DNA of 64,000 nucleotides from Bacteriovoracia bacterium. Its GTDB lineage: Bacteria; Bdellovibrionota; Bacteriovoracia; Bacteriovoracales; Bacteriovoracaceae. Below the pieces are notes generated by a model. It ran no database searches and was not told the origin of the DNA. It saw nothing but the letters and a program-made list of their open reading frames with translations. Shown piece by piece: positions 37,099-46,305 of this stretch. Made by a program: the position numbers and the translations under genes. The stretch lies in assembly GCA_046570105.1 (NCBI GenBank), contig JBKHVI010000002.1, positions 74,737 through 138,736 on the forward strand. Direction: 5' to 3'. Within the stretch, counting starts at the first letter, position 1; the number at the start of each line of letters is the position of its first letter.

Positions 37099-38691
37099 AT
37101 GAAGCGTCCGTTGAAGAGTCTAGTGGTGATTTCGTGCCTCGCAAGTAGCGTGGCGATGGCAGATCCACTTAAAGAAATTTTCCCTTGGAAACCTTTCGCC
37201 CTTGAAGAGATTAATTCGCGCGTGAGTCGTTTGACTGAAGAAGCGCAACCGATGATGAACGTCTATGAAATGGATCGCGCCGGACTAAAAGATCGTAATA
37301 CAAAAATTCAGCCATGGGGTGGTTACTATTGGGCGCTTAACCGCGGCCAAATCGCTAACACTTGGCAAGACAAAAACTATATTCAATTTTGGGAAATGAT
37401 CGGCTGGGAAAACAACGTTAAAACTTGGAAGAAACGCCGCTCAGAAAAACTACCTTCAGTCATGGATATGAGCGAGAAAGATCTCTCAGAGCTTGCTCCT
37501 TCGGAAAAGTATGATCTTCTTCTTGGTGATACTAGCTTTGATCTCACGAACCGTGTTTGGCAATTTGCTGAATCATGGGGCAATAGTAAAAAATGGGGTT
37601 TCTTAAGTTCAATCGAAATTCCTGAAGGCTACCGTATTCCTAAGGCCAACCGTTTGATGGCGTTGTGGGAAGGTATCTGTCACGGATGGGCCGTAGCAGC
37701 TGGTGTTTATCCACGTCCAGAAAAAACAGTGACAGTAAAACTTCCGAACGGCAAAAGCTTACCGTTTTATCCAGATGATATTAAGGCGCTTGTTTCGTTG
37801 ATGTATGCCAACTCAATTTTGCAAGACAACGTTTTGATCGAAGGCTACCGCTGTGATGACAAGAATCCACCACAAGATGAATTTGGTCGTTTCATTGATG
37901 AGATGCCGAAGAAAGAAGGCGAAGCCGTACTCCCACGTTGTGCTGACGTTCACCCAGCGATTTGGCATGCTGCTTTGATTAACATAACAGGTATTCAAGG
38001 TCGCTCATTGATCACTGAGATCGATGCCAACGCTACCGTTAACAATCACCCACTTTCTGGTTATGAGTTTGAGTGGTTCAATCCAAAATCAGGTCGTAAG
38101 ACGAGTGATCTTAACAAGGCCGTTATCAATCTGGCGGACTACCGTGACCCATATAAGAGTTCACGTAGCCCACACGCTGTAAAGCTTGTTGGCGTCGAAA
38201 TGAAAATGCGTTTCTTGAAATGGTCTAATCCAAAAGATGAGCACACAAACGGCCCTGAGAATGACAAAATTGATGATCAAAAAATGATGTATGACTTGGA
38301 GCTTGATGCTCAAGGAAATATCGTCGGAGGTCAGTGGCGTGCAACTTCAACCGCCTCACGCTATAACAGTAATGATAATACGAACCCACCTTCTGTTAAA
38401 CAGCCGGACTTCTTCTGGGTTGTTCCAAAGAACAACAGCATGTATGTGAAGAACTTAACACTTGAACCTTGGGATGGCCGTGGTCAAGTTCCTGCTAGCT
38501 GGACACAAGCATCACGTGGAGCCCATGGGTTTATTTACAACATGACTCGTGAATTTGGCTTTAATGAGAAGTGTACAGTTATCCCAGAAAACGATGGCAA
38601 ACCAAAAGAAGTTCCGTGTGAGTTTAAATACCCACGCCCACAACCTTTGGTGAATGTTGTGAATCAGTTAGTTGAGATGTCACGTGAGTAA
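37099..38691 (+). CDS. Secreted transglutaminase-elicitor (GP42-like) family protein
   Basis: Signal peptide, PWGGYYW, APSEKYD, WEGICHGWA (catalytic Cys-His), DDIKAL, NHP and YDLELD..GNIVGGQW..PDFFW. Confidence 0.78.
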   Translation: MKRPLKSLVVISCLASSVAMADPLKEIFPWKPFALEEINSRVSRLTEEAQPMMNVYEMDRAGLKDRNTKIQPWGGYYWALNRGQIANTWQDKNYIQFWEMIGWENNVKTWKKRRSEKLPSVMDMSEKDLSELAPSEKYDLLLGDTSFDLTNRVWQFAESWGNSKKWGFLSSIEIPEGYRIPKANRLMALWEGICHGWAVAAGVYPRPEKTVTVKLPNGKSLPFYPDDIKALVSLMYANSILQDNVLIEGYRCDDKNPPQDEFGRFIDEMPKKEGEAVLPRCADVHPAIWHAALINITGIQGRSLITEIDANATVNNHPLSGYEFEWFNPKSGRKTSDLNKAVINLADYRDPYKSSRSPHAVKLVGVEMKMRFLKWSNPKDEHTNGPENDKIDDQKMMYDLELDAQGNIVGGQWRATSTASRYNSNDNTNPPSVKQPDFFWVVPKNNSMYVKNLTLEPWDGRGQVPASWTQASRGAHGFIYNMTREFGFNEKCTVIPENDGKPKEVPCEFKYPRPQPLVNVVNQLVEMSRE

Positions 38692-38714
38692 AAAAAAAGA
38701 AAATGCTAATTAAG

Positions 38715-38741
38715 AGAAAGGGCGCTCATGGCGCCCTTTCT
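38715..38741. terminator. Bidirectional terminator
   Basis: AGAAAGGGCGC-tcatg-GCGCCCTTTCT between convergent genes. Confidence 0.8.
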
Positions 38742-38745
38742 TAAT

Positions 38746-39945
38746 TTACGGACGGCTCTTCAAGGCCAAACGAACAGCTTCGTAGGCGTTGACTCTGCCT
38801 GCACCGAAAACGGATGCGCTACCAATATTATCTGCGGAATCTAAAAGAATTTTTTCAACTTGCTTTGGAGTGAAATTCGGATTGATGGAATAAATCAAAG
38901 CCGCCACACCTGCTACGATAGGGGCCGAATAAGATGTCCCACTACCAGTACGATACTTCGCTTGTGTGTCTGAACTATAGATTGTCGTCGAATAAAGATT
39001 GTGTCCCGGAGCGACGATATCAATGAACTGCCCATAGTTAGATCCACCCGTAAAAAAGATATTCTTACGATAGGTCCAACGTTTATCGCTGGTGTTTGTT
39101 CCACCGACTGCTAAGACATTAGTGTAATCAGGATAACTATTTACCGAACGATTCTTCCCCTGATTGCCAGCTGCATAAACTAACAGCGCACCTTGATCAT
39201 GGGCGTACTTCCCCGCTTCTTGAACTGAGCGACTTTCAATTCCTGTGAAACTCACATTGATGACCTTCGCTCCACGATCGGCCGCCATACGGATACAATC
39301 GGTGATCAGCTTCATATTGGTTCCGCCACTCGAATTAGAAATTCTCAGAGGGAGAATCTTAACTTCCGGCGCCACTCCCGCTCCACCTTGACCATTAGTC
39401 TGAGCAGCAATCAGGCCTGCGACAAAGGTGCCATGGCTGGTAGTGGGAGCTGGGTCAGAGTTATTTTCCACTAGATTCCAACCAGGCAAGACGTTGTCTT
39501 TGAGATCTTCGTGAGACGCTTGTGCGCCTGAATCACAGACAGCTACTATCACACGATTTGTTCCACGAGTAAGATCCCAGGCCAGCTCTGTTTCGATTTT
39601 ATTATGATGCCATTGTTTATCCATTTCCACTTCGGAAGGGGCCTCGTCGTCCTCACCTTCTAAAGTGTTGTACTCGATAAATTTAAATGCTCCCGTCGCT
39701 AACATTTCTAAACGCAACTTCTCCAACTCGATTGATTTATCTTTAGGCCTATAAACCTGAACGATATCTTGAGTGCGTGAAGGATTTAAATTGAAACGAA
39801 GAAGATGAGGTGAGCTAGGGTGGTGGCCAGGATTAAGTTTATAGAGAAGTTCGCCAGTGTGAGGTTTGAGAGTCCAGGGGAGATCATTTGTCGAAGCCAT
39901 GGCAGAAGTAAAAGTCAAAAAACCCGCTAAAGTCCATTTCAGCAT
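38746..39945 (-). CDS. Secreted S8 serine peptidase (thermitase-like)
   Basis: VCDSG, HGTFVAG, AAGN and SGTSYSAP; signal peptide and prodomain. Confidence 0.9.
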   Translation of the reverse strand: MLKWTLAGFLTFTSAMASTNDLPWTLKPHTGELLYKLNPGHHPSSPHLLRFNLNPSRTQDIVQVYRPKDKSIELEKLRLEMLATGAFKFIEYNTLEGEDDEAPSEVEMDKQWHHNKIETELAWDLTRGTNRVIVAVCDSGAQASHEDLKDNVLPGWNLVENNSDPAPTTSHGTFVAGLIAAQTNGQGGAGVAPEVKILPLRISNSSGGTNMKLITDCIRMAADRGAKVINVSFTGIESRSVQEAGKYAHDQGALLVYAAGNQGKNRSVNSYPDYTNVLAVGGTNTSDKRWTYRKNIFFTGGSNYGQFIDIVAPGHNLYSTTIYSSDTQAKYRTGSGTSYSAPIVAGVAALIYSINPNFTPKQVEKILLDSADNIGSASVFGAGRVNAYEAVRLALKSRP

Positions 39946-40077
39946 GGTATCTCCTTCGCAAAAGAGCGAAATAAAGTGATTTCTTACAGTTTGCCATGCC
40001 CCTTTGATTGCCCTCAGTGGGGTAAATATTACCCCTTTAGTACACTCCCATGAGGTTTTGAGGCATAGATATCTCCT

Positions 40078-40869
40078 ATGAATCGCGTACTTCTCCTAGC
40101 TATTTTGTCTGCCATAAGCCTTCCACTATTGGCCAGGGAGACGGTACTGATAACAAGTTTTGACCCTTTCGGTGGATCTTCTGACAACAACTCCACTCGC
40201 ATTGCCTTAGAGGTAAAAACACATTTGGGCGAAACAGTCGAAGTGGTCACCTGTTTACTACCGACAAGTTATGAACGTGCTATCCCTGCTTTAGAAAAAT
40301 GCAAAGCTGAAATGATCACTGCACCTGACTTGGTCGTGTCGCTAGGAGAAGGTCCTTGCAAGGTAAAATGGGAAACACGAGCGCACAATCGGGATCATGA
40401 TCATGGCCCAGACAACGATGGTGTCAGTCGTCGCCGTCGCACCATTATTGCCGATGCACCTAAGGAATTAGGCCTACGTCTTCACTATCCTGCTATGTGG
40501 TGTTCACTCAATGAGAAAGAGAAGAAATTAGTCCAAGTTTCAATTGATCCTGAAAACTTTGTTTGCAACAACACTGCTTACCGTTTCTCGCATGCTCATC
40601 CCGAGCAGCTATACGGTTTTGTCCATGTTCCTCGCACCTCATGCGAAAAGAAGACTCCAGGTATCACGGCCAAGTCTTCTGAGCTGGTTGCCAAAATGAT
40701 TCGTGAACAACTTGCCGTGTTGGCAACTGATAGCTCTCGCTTAGATTTGCCGCGTTTAACCAACACGACAAGACTCGCCACCACTCGATTAAGTGTGCAA
40801 GCCTTGCAGCGAGATACCAGTGAAGCTTGTGAAGAAGAATTTTTGAAGCGATGGCTTAAAGCCTTTTAG
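40078..40869 (+). CDS. Pyroglutamyl-peptidase I (C15) with signal peptide
   Basis: LITSFDPFGG..NNS, WETRAHN (Glu), FVCN (Cys) and FVHVP (His). Confidence 0.82.
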   Translation: MNRVLLLAILSAISLPLLARETVLITSFDPFGGSSDNNSTRIALEVKTHLGETVEVVTCLLPTSYERAIPALEKCKAEMITAPDLVVSLGEGPCKVKWETRAHNRDHDHGPDNDGVSRRRRTIIADAPKELGLRLHYPAMWCSLNEKEKKLVQVSIDPENFVCNNTAYRFSHAHPEQLYGFVHVPRTSCEKKTPGITAKSSELVAKMIREQLAVLATDSSRLDLPRLTNTTRLATTRLSVQALQRDTSEACEEEFLKRWLKAF

Positions 40870-41857
40870 CCAAATCGTCAGCAAGCTTCCAAGCACTCAC
40901 CCAACCATTTTTATACAATCCACCAATGGCATAAACGCCTGGTGATACTTCTCCACTCCAGGGTCGTCTACTCAATGTTTGAGAACGGATACCTGTGATG
41001 ATTCGAGCTGATTCAATATTGGGAAGACTCATTGACCAATGGCCCTGAATTTTATGATAGATGTTTTTAAGTTCACTGATCGCCGGAATAAAACTCTCAT
41101 CTTTTTTGACTGTGGTCGCTCCGATAATGAGTCGCTGTGCTTTGGCCTGATAGATCAAATTAGCGCCATCAAAACTAATTGAGCGACTCTCACTCCCCCA
41201 ATCAATTTTCTCCCACTGGTAATAAGAACCCTGCACGGGATACATGCCTGAAAGTGGTGAGGCAACAATCCACTCCTTCATCCAGCTCATCCAAAATCCA
41301 GAGGCAAGTATAATCCGATCAACGGTCATTTGCTTTCCTCCTAAAAGACTTACGACAAATTCATTTTTTAGTTTTTCAATTTTCACCACGGCATTGGGAT
41401 GGGCCTGAACATGAGAGAATTTCGCGAGATTAATCACAGAAGCCAGAAACTTGTCTGGCTCAATCATCCATGCTTCTTCTGTAGCAATACGCTTGGGAGG
41501 TGTTTTAATCTCTGCAGAAATGGAAAACTCTGGAAGATGAGCGAAACGTTTGAGATTTTTTTCTTCATAAATCCAGGTTTGATGTTGGATTTTTTCTGCT
41601 CCATCAAATTTTTCGCGTAAATAAATCTCACGTGCAAATTCCCATGCTTCAACTAATTCATTTCCTAAAGGAGAAAATCCTTTTTGCGTTCCTCTCAAAG
41701 CAGCAATAGCGGTAGATCTAAGTGATGTTGCAGGAGCATAAGAGTCAGAAAAAGCCACATGAATTTCACTGAATTTGTCAATTTTCTGTCTCTGGGCAAG
41801 AGCGTAAAACAGCGCTTTGCCCGCGATTCCCTCTCCGATTACGAATAGACGTGTCAT
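40856..41857 (-). CDS. FAD-dependent oxidoreductase (DAO/glycine oxidase family)
   Basis: VIGEGIAG, ILASG, PVQG, IIGAT, TGIR and GGLYKNG. Confidence 0.8.
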   Translation of the reverse strand: MTRLFVIGEGIAGKALFYALAQRQKIDKFSEIHVAFSDSYAPATSLRSTAIAALRGTQKGFSPLGNELVEAWEFAREIYLREKFDGAEKIQHQTWIYEEKNLKRFAHLPEFSISAEIKTPPKRIATEEAWMIEPDKFLASVINLAKFSHVQAHPNAVVKIEKLKNEFVVSLLGGKQMTVDRIILASGFWMSWMKEWIVASPLSGMYPVQGSYYQWEKIDWGSESRSISFDGANLIYQAKAQRLIIGATTVKKDESFIPAISELKNIYHKIQGHWSMSLPNIESARIITGIRSQTLSRRPWSGEVSPGVYAIGGLYKNGWVSAWKLADDLAKRL

Positions 41858-41964
41858 ACTCTCAATCCAGCTTATTTAATTATTCACTCAGTATGCCATA
41901 GGCCCTTGCCATTGGGACAGTAGGCCCGCTAAGGTTTTTATTGCTTATTTTCTCAGGAGAAATC

Positions 41965-44274
41965 ATGGCCCTTGATACCAATGCAATTGTTTATGCCACT
42001 CAGAAACTACAACTTCCCCCAGCGAAAGTCATGGCGGTTGCCAATCTTCTTTTCACGGAACAATGTACCGTCCCCTTCATTGCTCGTTACCGCAAAGAAG
42101 CAACTGGTGGATTAGACGAAGTGCAAATCCGTGCCATTCAAGAACAATATGAAGAGCACATTGAAATCGAAAAGCGACGCGCATTCATCCTTGATGCCAT
42201 CACTAAAATGGAAGCGATGACTCCGGCACTGGAAAAACAAATCAAAACAGCTTCTACTCTTAATCAATTAGAAGATATCTACGCTCCCTATAAATCAAAG
42301 AAAAAAACTAAAGCGATGATTGCAAAAGAGTTAGGCCTCGAGCCAATCGCGCAACTGATCATGACAGGCAAAGCGGGCCTTGAAGTTCATAAAGCTGCTC
42401 TAGAAGAGCTGGTGGCAAAATCAGGCGGTAAACTTAAAGATGTTTCGGAGGCGCTCGCAGGTGCGACTGATATTATTATCGAAACCATCTCTCATGATCT
42501 CACTTTAAAAGAAAAACTACGTCATGAGTTCTGGCGTGGCGGTCAAGTGAAGACTGTGAAGCGTAAGGATGCTGAGACTATTGAAGACTTCGCTAAATTT
42601 CGCGACTTCTTTGAGTTTTCTGAAGCACTCTCCAAAATCAAAGAACCCAAAGCATCACATCGCTACCTCGCTCTTCGTCGAGGCATGATGCTCAAAGTGT
42701 TGAAGGTTGACGTTGAGATTGACCCCCTCCTCGCCTACGGACTCATTGAGGAACAATTCTTTCCTCAGAAAGGCTCATTGGGTTGTTACGAGCAGCTGAA
42801 GAAATGTGCGCAAAAAGCCTATGACCAAGTTATTCAGCCTAGCCTTGATTTAGAAATCAAAAACGATCTAAAGAAAGCGGCGGATACCGCTGCAATAAAT
42901 ATCTTTGGTGTGAATCTTAAAGACCTTCTTTTGCAGCCTTATTTGGGTTCTAAAGCGGTTCTGGGGATTGACCCAGGAATTCGTACCGGCTGCAAAGTTG
43001 TCATCATCGATGCCACTGGCAAATTCCTAGGTGACCATGTCGTTTATCCTTTCGCACCAAAGAATGACGTCAAAGGTTCAGCTCAGATCCTTACAAAAAT
43101 GATCGATGCCTTTAATATCGAATATATTTGCGTTGGCAGTGGAACTCATGGCCGTGAAACTTTGGCCTTCTTAGAAGAACATGTTCCACAAGTAAAAGAC
43201 GGCAAAACCAAAGCCACTTTGATTTCAGAATCAGGTGCTTCAATCTATTCGGCCAGTGAAATCGCTCGTGAGGAATTTCCCGATAAAGACGTGACTGTTC
43301 GAGGCGCCATCTCAATTGCTCGTCGCTTTCAAGACCCATTGGCGGAATTGGTTAAGATTGATGCAAAATCCATTGGTGTTGGCCAATATCAACATGATGT
43401 TAATCAAGTTCAATTAAAAAACTCTCTTGAGGGCGTCGTTGAGTCCTGCGTGAACTTCGTTGGCGTTGACCTAAATACTGCCTCGGCCCCACTGTTGGCC
43501 TTCGTTTCAGGCATTGGCCCTACTGTCGCCAAAAATATCGTGGCCTTCCGACAAGAAAAAGGCGCTTTCAAATCGCGAGAAGATTTATTGAAAGTACCTC
43601 GTTTTTCTCAAAAAGTTTTTGAGCAATGTGCTGGATTCTTACGCCTCTATAATTCGACCAACCCACTTGATGCAACTTTCATCCATCCCGAGCGTTATCC
43701 AATTTTAGAAGCTTGGGCAAAGAAAAAAGGTAAAGAGATCGCTGACCTAGTAAATGACAAGGAATTGCAGAACTCTCTTGAAAAAGATGCTGACCTAAAA
43801 AAAGAGATTGGAGAGATGACTTTGCTTGATATCGCAAAAAGCTTAAAAGCTCCCACTCAAGATCCACGAACAGTCTTTAAAAGTGTGGAATTCGCTAAGG
43901 GCATTTCAGATTTAAAAGATCTTAAAATGGGGGAATGGTATCAGGGTGTTGTTACTAACATAACTATGTTTGGTGCTTTCGTTGATATTGGTATCAAAGA
44001 AAATGGTCTCTTACATATTTCGCAGATTTCAGATACTTTCGTAGAAAATGCCACTGATAAATTAAAAGTGGGTCAAGAACTAAAAGTGAAAGTGATCGGC
44101 GTTGATATGGAAAGAAAACGTGTTTCACTCTCATGTAAAGCAGACGCGCGTCCCGAAGGTGTTACGAGTTCAAGCAGTGGATCTCGTTCACAGCCTAAGA
44201 TGCCTCCCCAGCCTGCATTTAAGAACAACGCATTTGCTGGATTAGCTGGACTAAAAGATTTTAAAACGAAGTAG
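41965..44274 (+). CDS. tex: Tex family transcription accessory protein
   Basis: TVPFIARYRKE, GIDPGIRTGCK, ESGASIYSAS, IGVGQYQHDV, HhH and a C-terminal S1 domain; ATG 41965 with SD AGGAG. Confidence 0.95.
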   Translation: MALDTNAIVYATQKLQLPPAKVMAVANLLFTEQCTVPFIARYRKEATGGLDEVQIRAIQEQYEEHIEIEKRRAFILDAITKMEAMTPALEKQIKTASTLNQLEDIYAPYKSKKKTKAMIAKELGLEPIAQLIMTGKAGLEVHKAALEELVAKSGGKLKDVSEALAGATDIIIETISHDLTLKEKLRHEFWRGGQVKTVKRKDAETIEDFAKFRDFFEFSEALSKIKEPKASHRYLALRRGMMLKVLKVDVEIDPLLAYGLIEEQFFPQKGSLGCYEQLKKCAQKAYDQVIQPSLDLEIKNDLKKAADTAAINIFGVNLKDLLLQPYLGSKAVLGIDPGIRTGCKVVIIDATGKFLGDHVVYPFAPKNDVKGSAQILTKMIDAFNIEYICVGSGTHGRETLAFLEEHVPQVKDGKTKATLISESGASIYSASEIAREEFPDKDVTVRGAISIARRFQDPLAELVKIDAKSIGVGQYQHDVNQVQLKNSLEGVVESCVNFVGVDLNTASAPLLAFVSGIGPTVAKNIVAFRQEKGAFKSREDLLKVPRFSQKVFEQCAGFLRLYNSTNPLDATFIHPERYPILEAWAKKKGKEIADLVNDKELQNSLEKDADLKKEIGEMTLLDIAKSLKAPTQDPRTVFKSVEFAKGISDLKDLKMGEWYQGVVTNITMFGAFVDIGIKENGLLHISQISDTFVENATDKLKVGQELKVKVIGVDMERKRVSLSCKADARPEGVTSSSSGSRSQPKMPPQPAFKNNAFAGLAGLKDFKTK

Positions 44275-44279
44275 GCCCA

Positions 44280-44313
44280 ACTTGAGAGCAAGACGAATTT
44301 CTTGCTCTCAAGT
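44280..44313 (+). terminator. Hairpin after tex
   Basis: ACTTGAGAGCAAGA-cgaatt-TCTTGCTCTCAAGT, a perfect 14-bp stem. Confidence 0.7.
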
Positions 44314-44440
44314 CACTTCCGTTTTGAAGAAACACTGCGTAATACTTTGTTGCATTTTTGATATTTCGTAACAAAACTATAATCTTTTATTTTCTTTATC
44401 CTTATCACGTTTCATATTTCGCCATAACAAAGGTGTAAAA

Positions 44441-45241
44441 ATGAAATTAAATCATCTCACAGACCATCTCCTGTTAAAAAACACAAAATCACTCGTGCTG
44501 AATGAGCGAAAAGTGATAGTTCACATTCTGTGGCACTTAAAAGAGATCGATGAACGAAAACTATATTCAGATTTAAAATATGCGAGTCTATTTGAATATT
44601 GTGTAAAAGAGCTTGGGTACTCGGAAAGTTCTGCTCAAAGAAGAATTGTGGCCGCAAGAGCGCTTCGCTCAATGCCTCACCTGGAGCCTAAGATACTCAA
44701 TGGGTCACTTAGTTTATCCACAATTGGTCTTATACAAAAAGAGACTAAAAATAATTCTTTGCAAGAGAAACAACAAATATTCAAGCAAGCAGAAAACAAA
44801 ACACTCGTTGAGGTCAGTAAGCTTCTTTCTAAGAATGTCACTTCCGAAAAGAAAGTGAATATTGAAATTGATAAAGAAACGTGGGATCTAATTCAAGAAC
44901 TGAAAAATCTTTCACCGCATACTGATGCACTTAAAGTTGCATTAAAAGATGCTATTCATTCTATAAAAAAGAAAAAATGGGGAATTGATAGCAAATCAAA
45001 GAAGCTAACTTTTGCTCAAGTAGCACGTAGGCCTAAAATCACGATGAGGCGCGCTTTGATCCAAAACAAAGAAATAAAGTGTAGTCATTGTCATTCGAAG
45101 TTTTCTGTTGAGGTTGATCACATCCGGCCATGGGCAAAAGGTGGCAAAACAGTAATTGAAAATCTCAGGTTACTTTGCAGAAACTGTAATCAACGAGCTG
45201 CGATCAAGCATGGCCTTGTCCGACCTAGAAGCTCAAGCTAA
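44441..45241 (+). CDS. HNH endonuclease with N-terminal helical domain (Bdellovibrio-type)
   Basis: CSHC..EVDHIRPWAKGG..ENLRLLCRNCN and N-terminal HLKEIDERKLY..SLFEY..LGYSE..AQRRI; visibly AT-rich. Confidence 0.85.
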   Translation: MKLNHLTDHLLLKNTKSLVLNERKVIVHILWHLKEIDERKLYSDLKYASLFEYCVKELGYSESSAQRRIVAARALRSMPHLEPKILNGSLSLSTIGLIQKETKNNSLQEKQQIFKQAENKTLVEVSKLLSKNVTSEKKVNIEIDKETWDLIQELKNLSPHTDALKVALKDAIHSIKKKKWGIDSKSKKLTFAQVARRPKITMRRALIQNKEIKCSHCHSKFSVEVDHIRPWAKGGKTVIENLRLLCRNCNQRAAIKHGLVRPRSSS

Positions 45242-45282
45242 GAGCACTTTAAAGAAAATTGGATTTGCACGATAATATTCTA

Positions 45283-46305
45283 ATGAGCAAGTCCAAGAGT
45301 CTCGTTATCAAAGTAAGTCATCTCCCCTCGCAGCGAGTGGATGAAAACTTGGCGCGCAAATTTGCTGAGGCAAAAGAACGTGGCATTTTAGTTGAAGACT
45401 TTATTAAAGACTTCTTGGGTGGGTTTCTCTCAAGTGATACCCGTAGGGCCTATGAAGGTGATATCGCCGCTTTTTTCGAATTCTTACATTCAGGTGGAGA
45501 GAATTTACGTCACCCCAGTGAACTCAAGGCCTATCATTTTCAACTCTATAGAGATCAATTAGTTAGTGCTGGTTTTGCCAGCGCAACTATCAATCGTAAG
45601 TTAGTGGCTGTGCGCTCGTTCATGAAATGGGCACTCTCAGCGAAACTGATTGATCATAACCCCCTCGAGGCAGTAAAACTTCCCAAAGTTCAAACGGAAT
45701 CCCCGACTCAAGCATTTGATGACGTTGAAGTAGTCCGGATGATTAATGCACCAGAGACTGGAACACCTAAAGGTGAATTACATCGTATAGTGATGGTTTT
45801 ACTTTTTCACATTGGACTTAGACGAGCTGAACTCGTGAATTTGAAATGCAGGGATTTTTATCAAGAACGTGGCCATATCGTGCTGAGAATTCATGGTAAG
45901 GGCGACAAAGTCAGACTCGTTCCCGTTGCCCCGCAAGTGACTGAAGCTCTCAAACGTTATCATGCATTTTTGGGCGAGCTCGGCGTCGAGCTCAATGGTG
46001 ATGATTATTTGCTTCAGACAGACCCGGTAAAACGCCCAGGAGAGCAAGTAGATGGTTCAACGATTTATCGATGGGTCGAGCGCTATGCACGTTCACTAGG
46101 TATTAATAAAAAGGTCTCACCTCACTCCTGCCGAGCAACAGTTATTTCTCATTTACTAGATACTCAATCGACGCCAATTCGCGACGTCGCCATTTTCGCA
46201 GGACATGCGAATGTGACAACTACTGAGCGCTACGATAAAAGACGCAAAAATTTGGATAATAGTGCGGCTTACGAAGTCGACTTTGCTGCGAGAAAAAAAG
46301 CTTAA
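45283..46305 (+). CDS. Tyrosine recombinase, XerC/XerD-like
   Basis: SAM-like N-domain (ATINRKLVAVRSF) and catalytic R (GLRRAE), K (GKGDK), HxxR (HSCR), H (AGH), Y (TERY). ORF also open from TTG 45259. Confidence 0.9.
   Translation: MSKSKSLVIKVSHLPSQRVDENLARKFAEAKERGILVEDFIKDFLGGFLSSDTRRAYEGDIAAFFEFLHSGGENLRHPSELKAYHFQLYRDQLVSAGFASATINRKLVAVRSFMKWALSAKLIDHNPLEAVKLPKVQTESPTQAFDDVEVVRMINAPETGTPKGELHRIVMVLLFHIGLRRAELVNLKCRDFYQERGHIVLRIHGKGDKVRLVPVAPQVTEALKRYHAFLGELGVELNGDDYLLQTDPVKRPGEQVDGSTIYRWVERYARSLGINKKVSPHSCRATVISHLLDTQSTPIRDVAIFAGHANVTTTERYDKRRKNLDNSAAYEVDFAARKKA

Noticed and set aside
45259..45295. Possible dif-like site upstream of the recombinase (CGATAA-TATTCT-AATGAG)
   Set aside because: Right arm does not match a XerD-type TTATG arm and symmetry is poor
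25819..46305. Integrative element bounded by the tRNA and the tyrosine recombinase
   Set aside because: No duplicated tRNA 3' end seen; the interval contains housekeeping tex and has host-like composition
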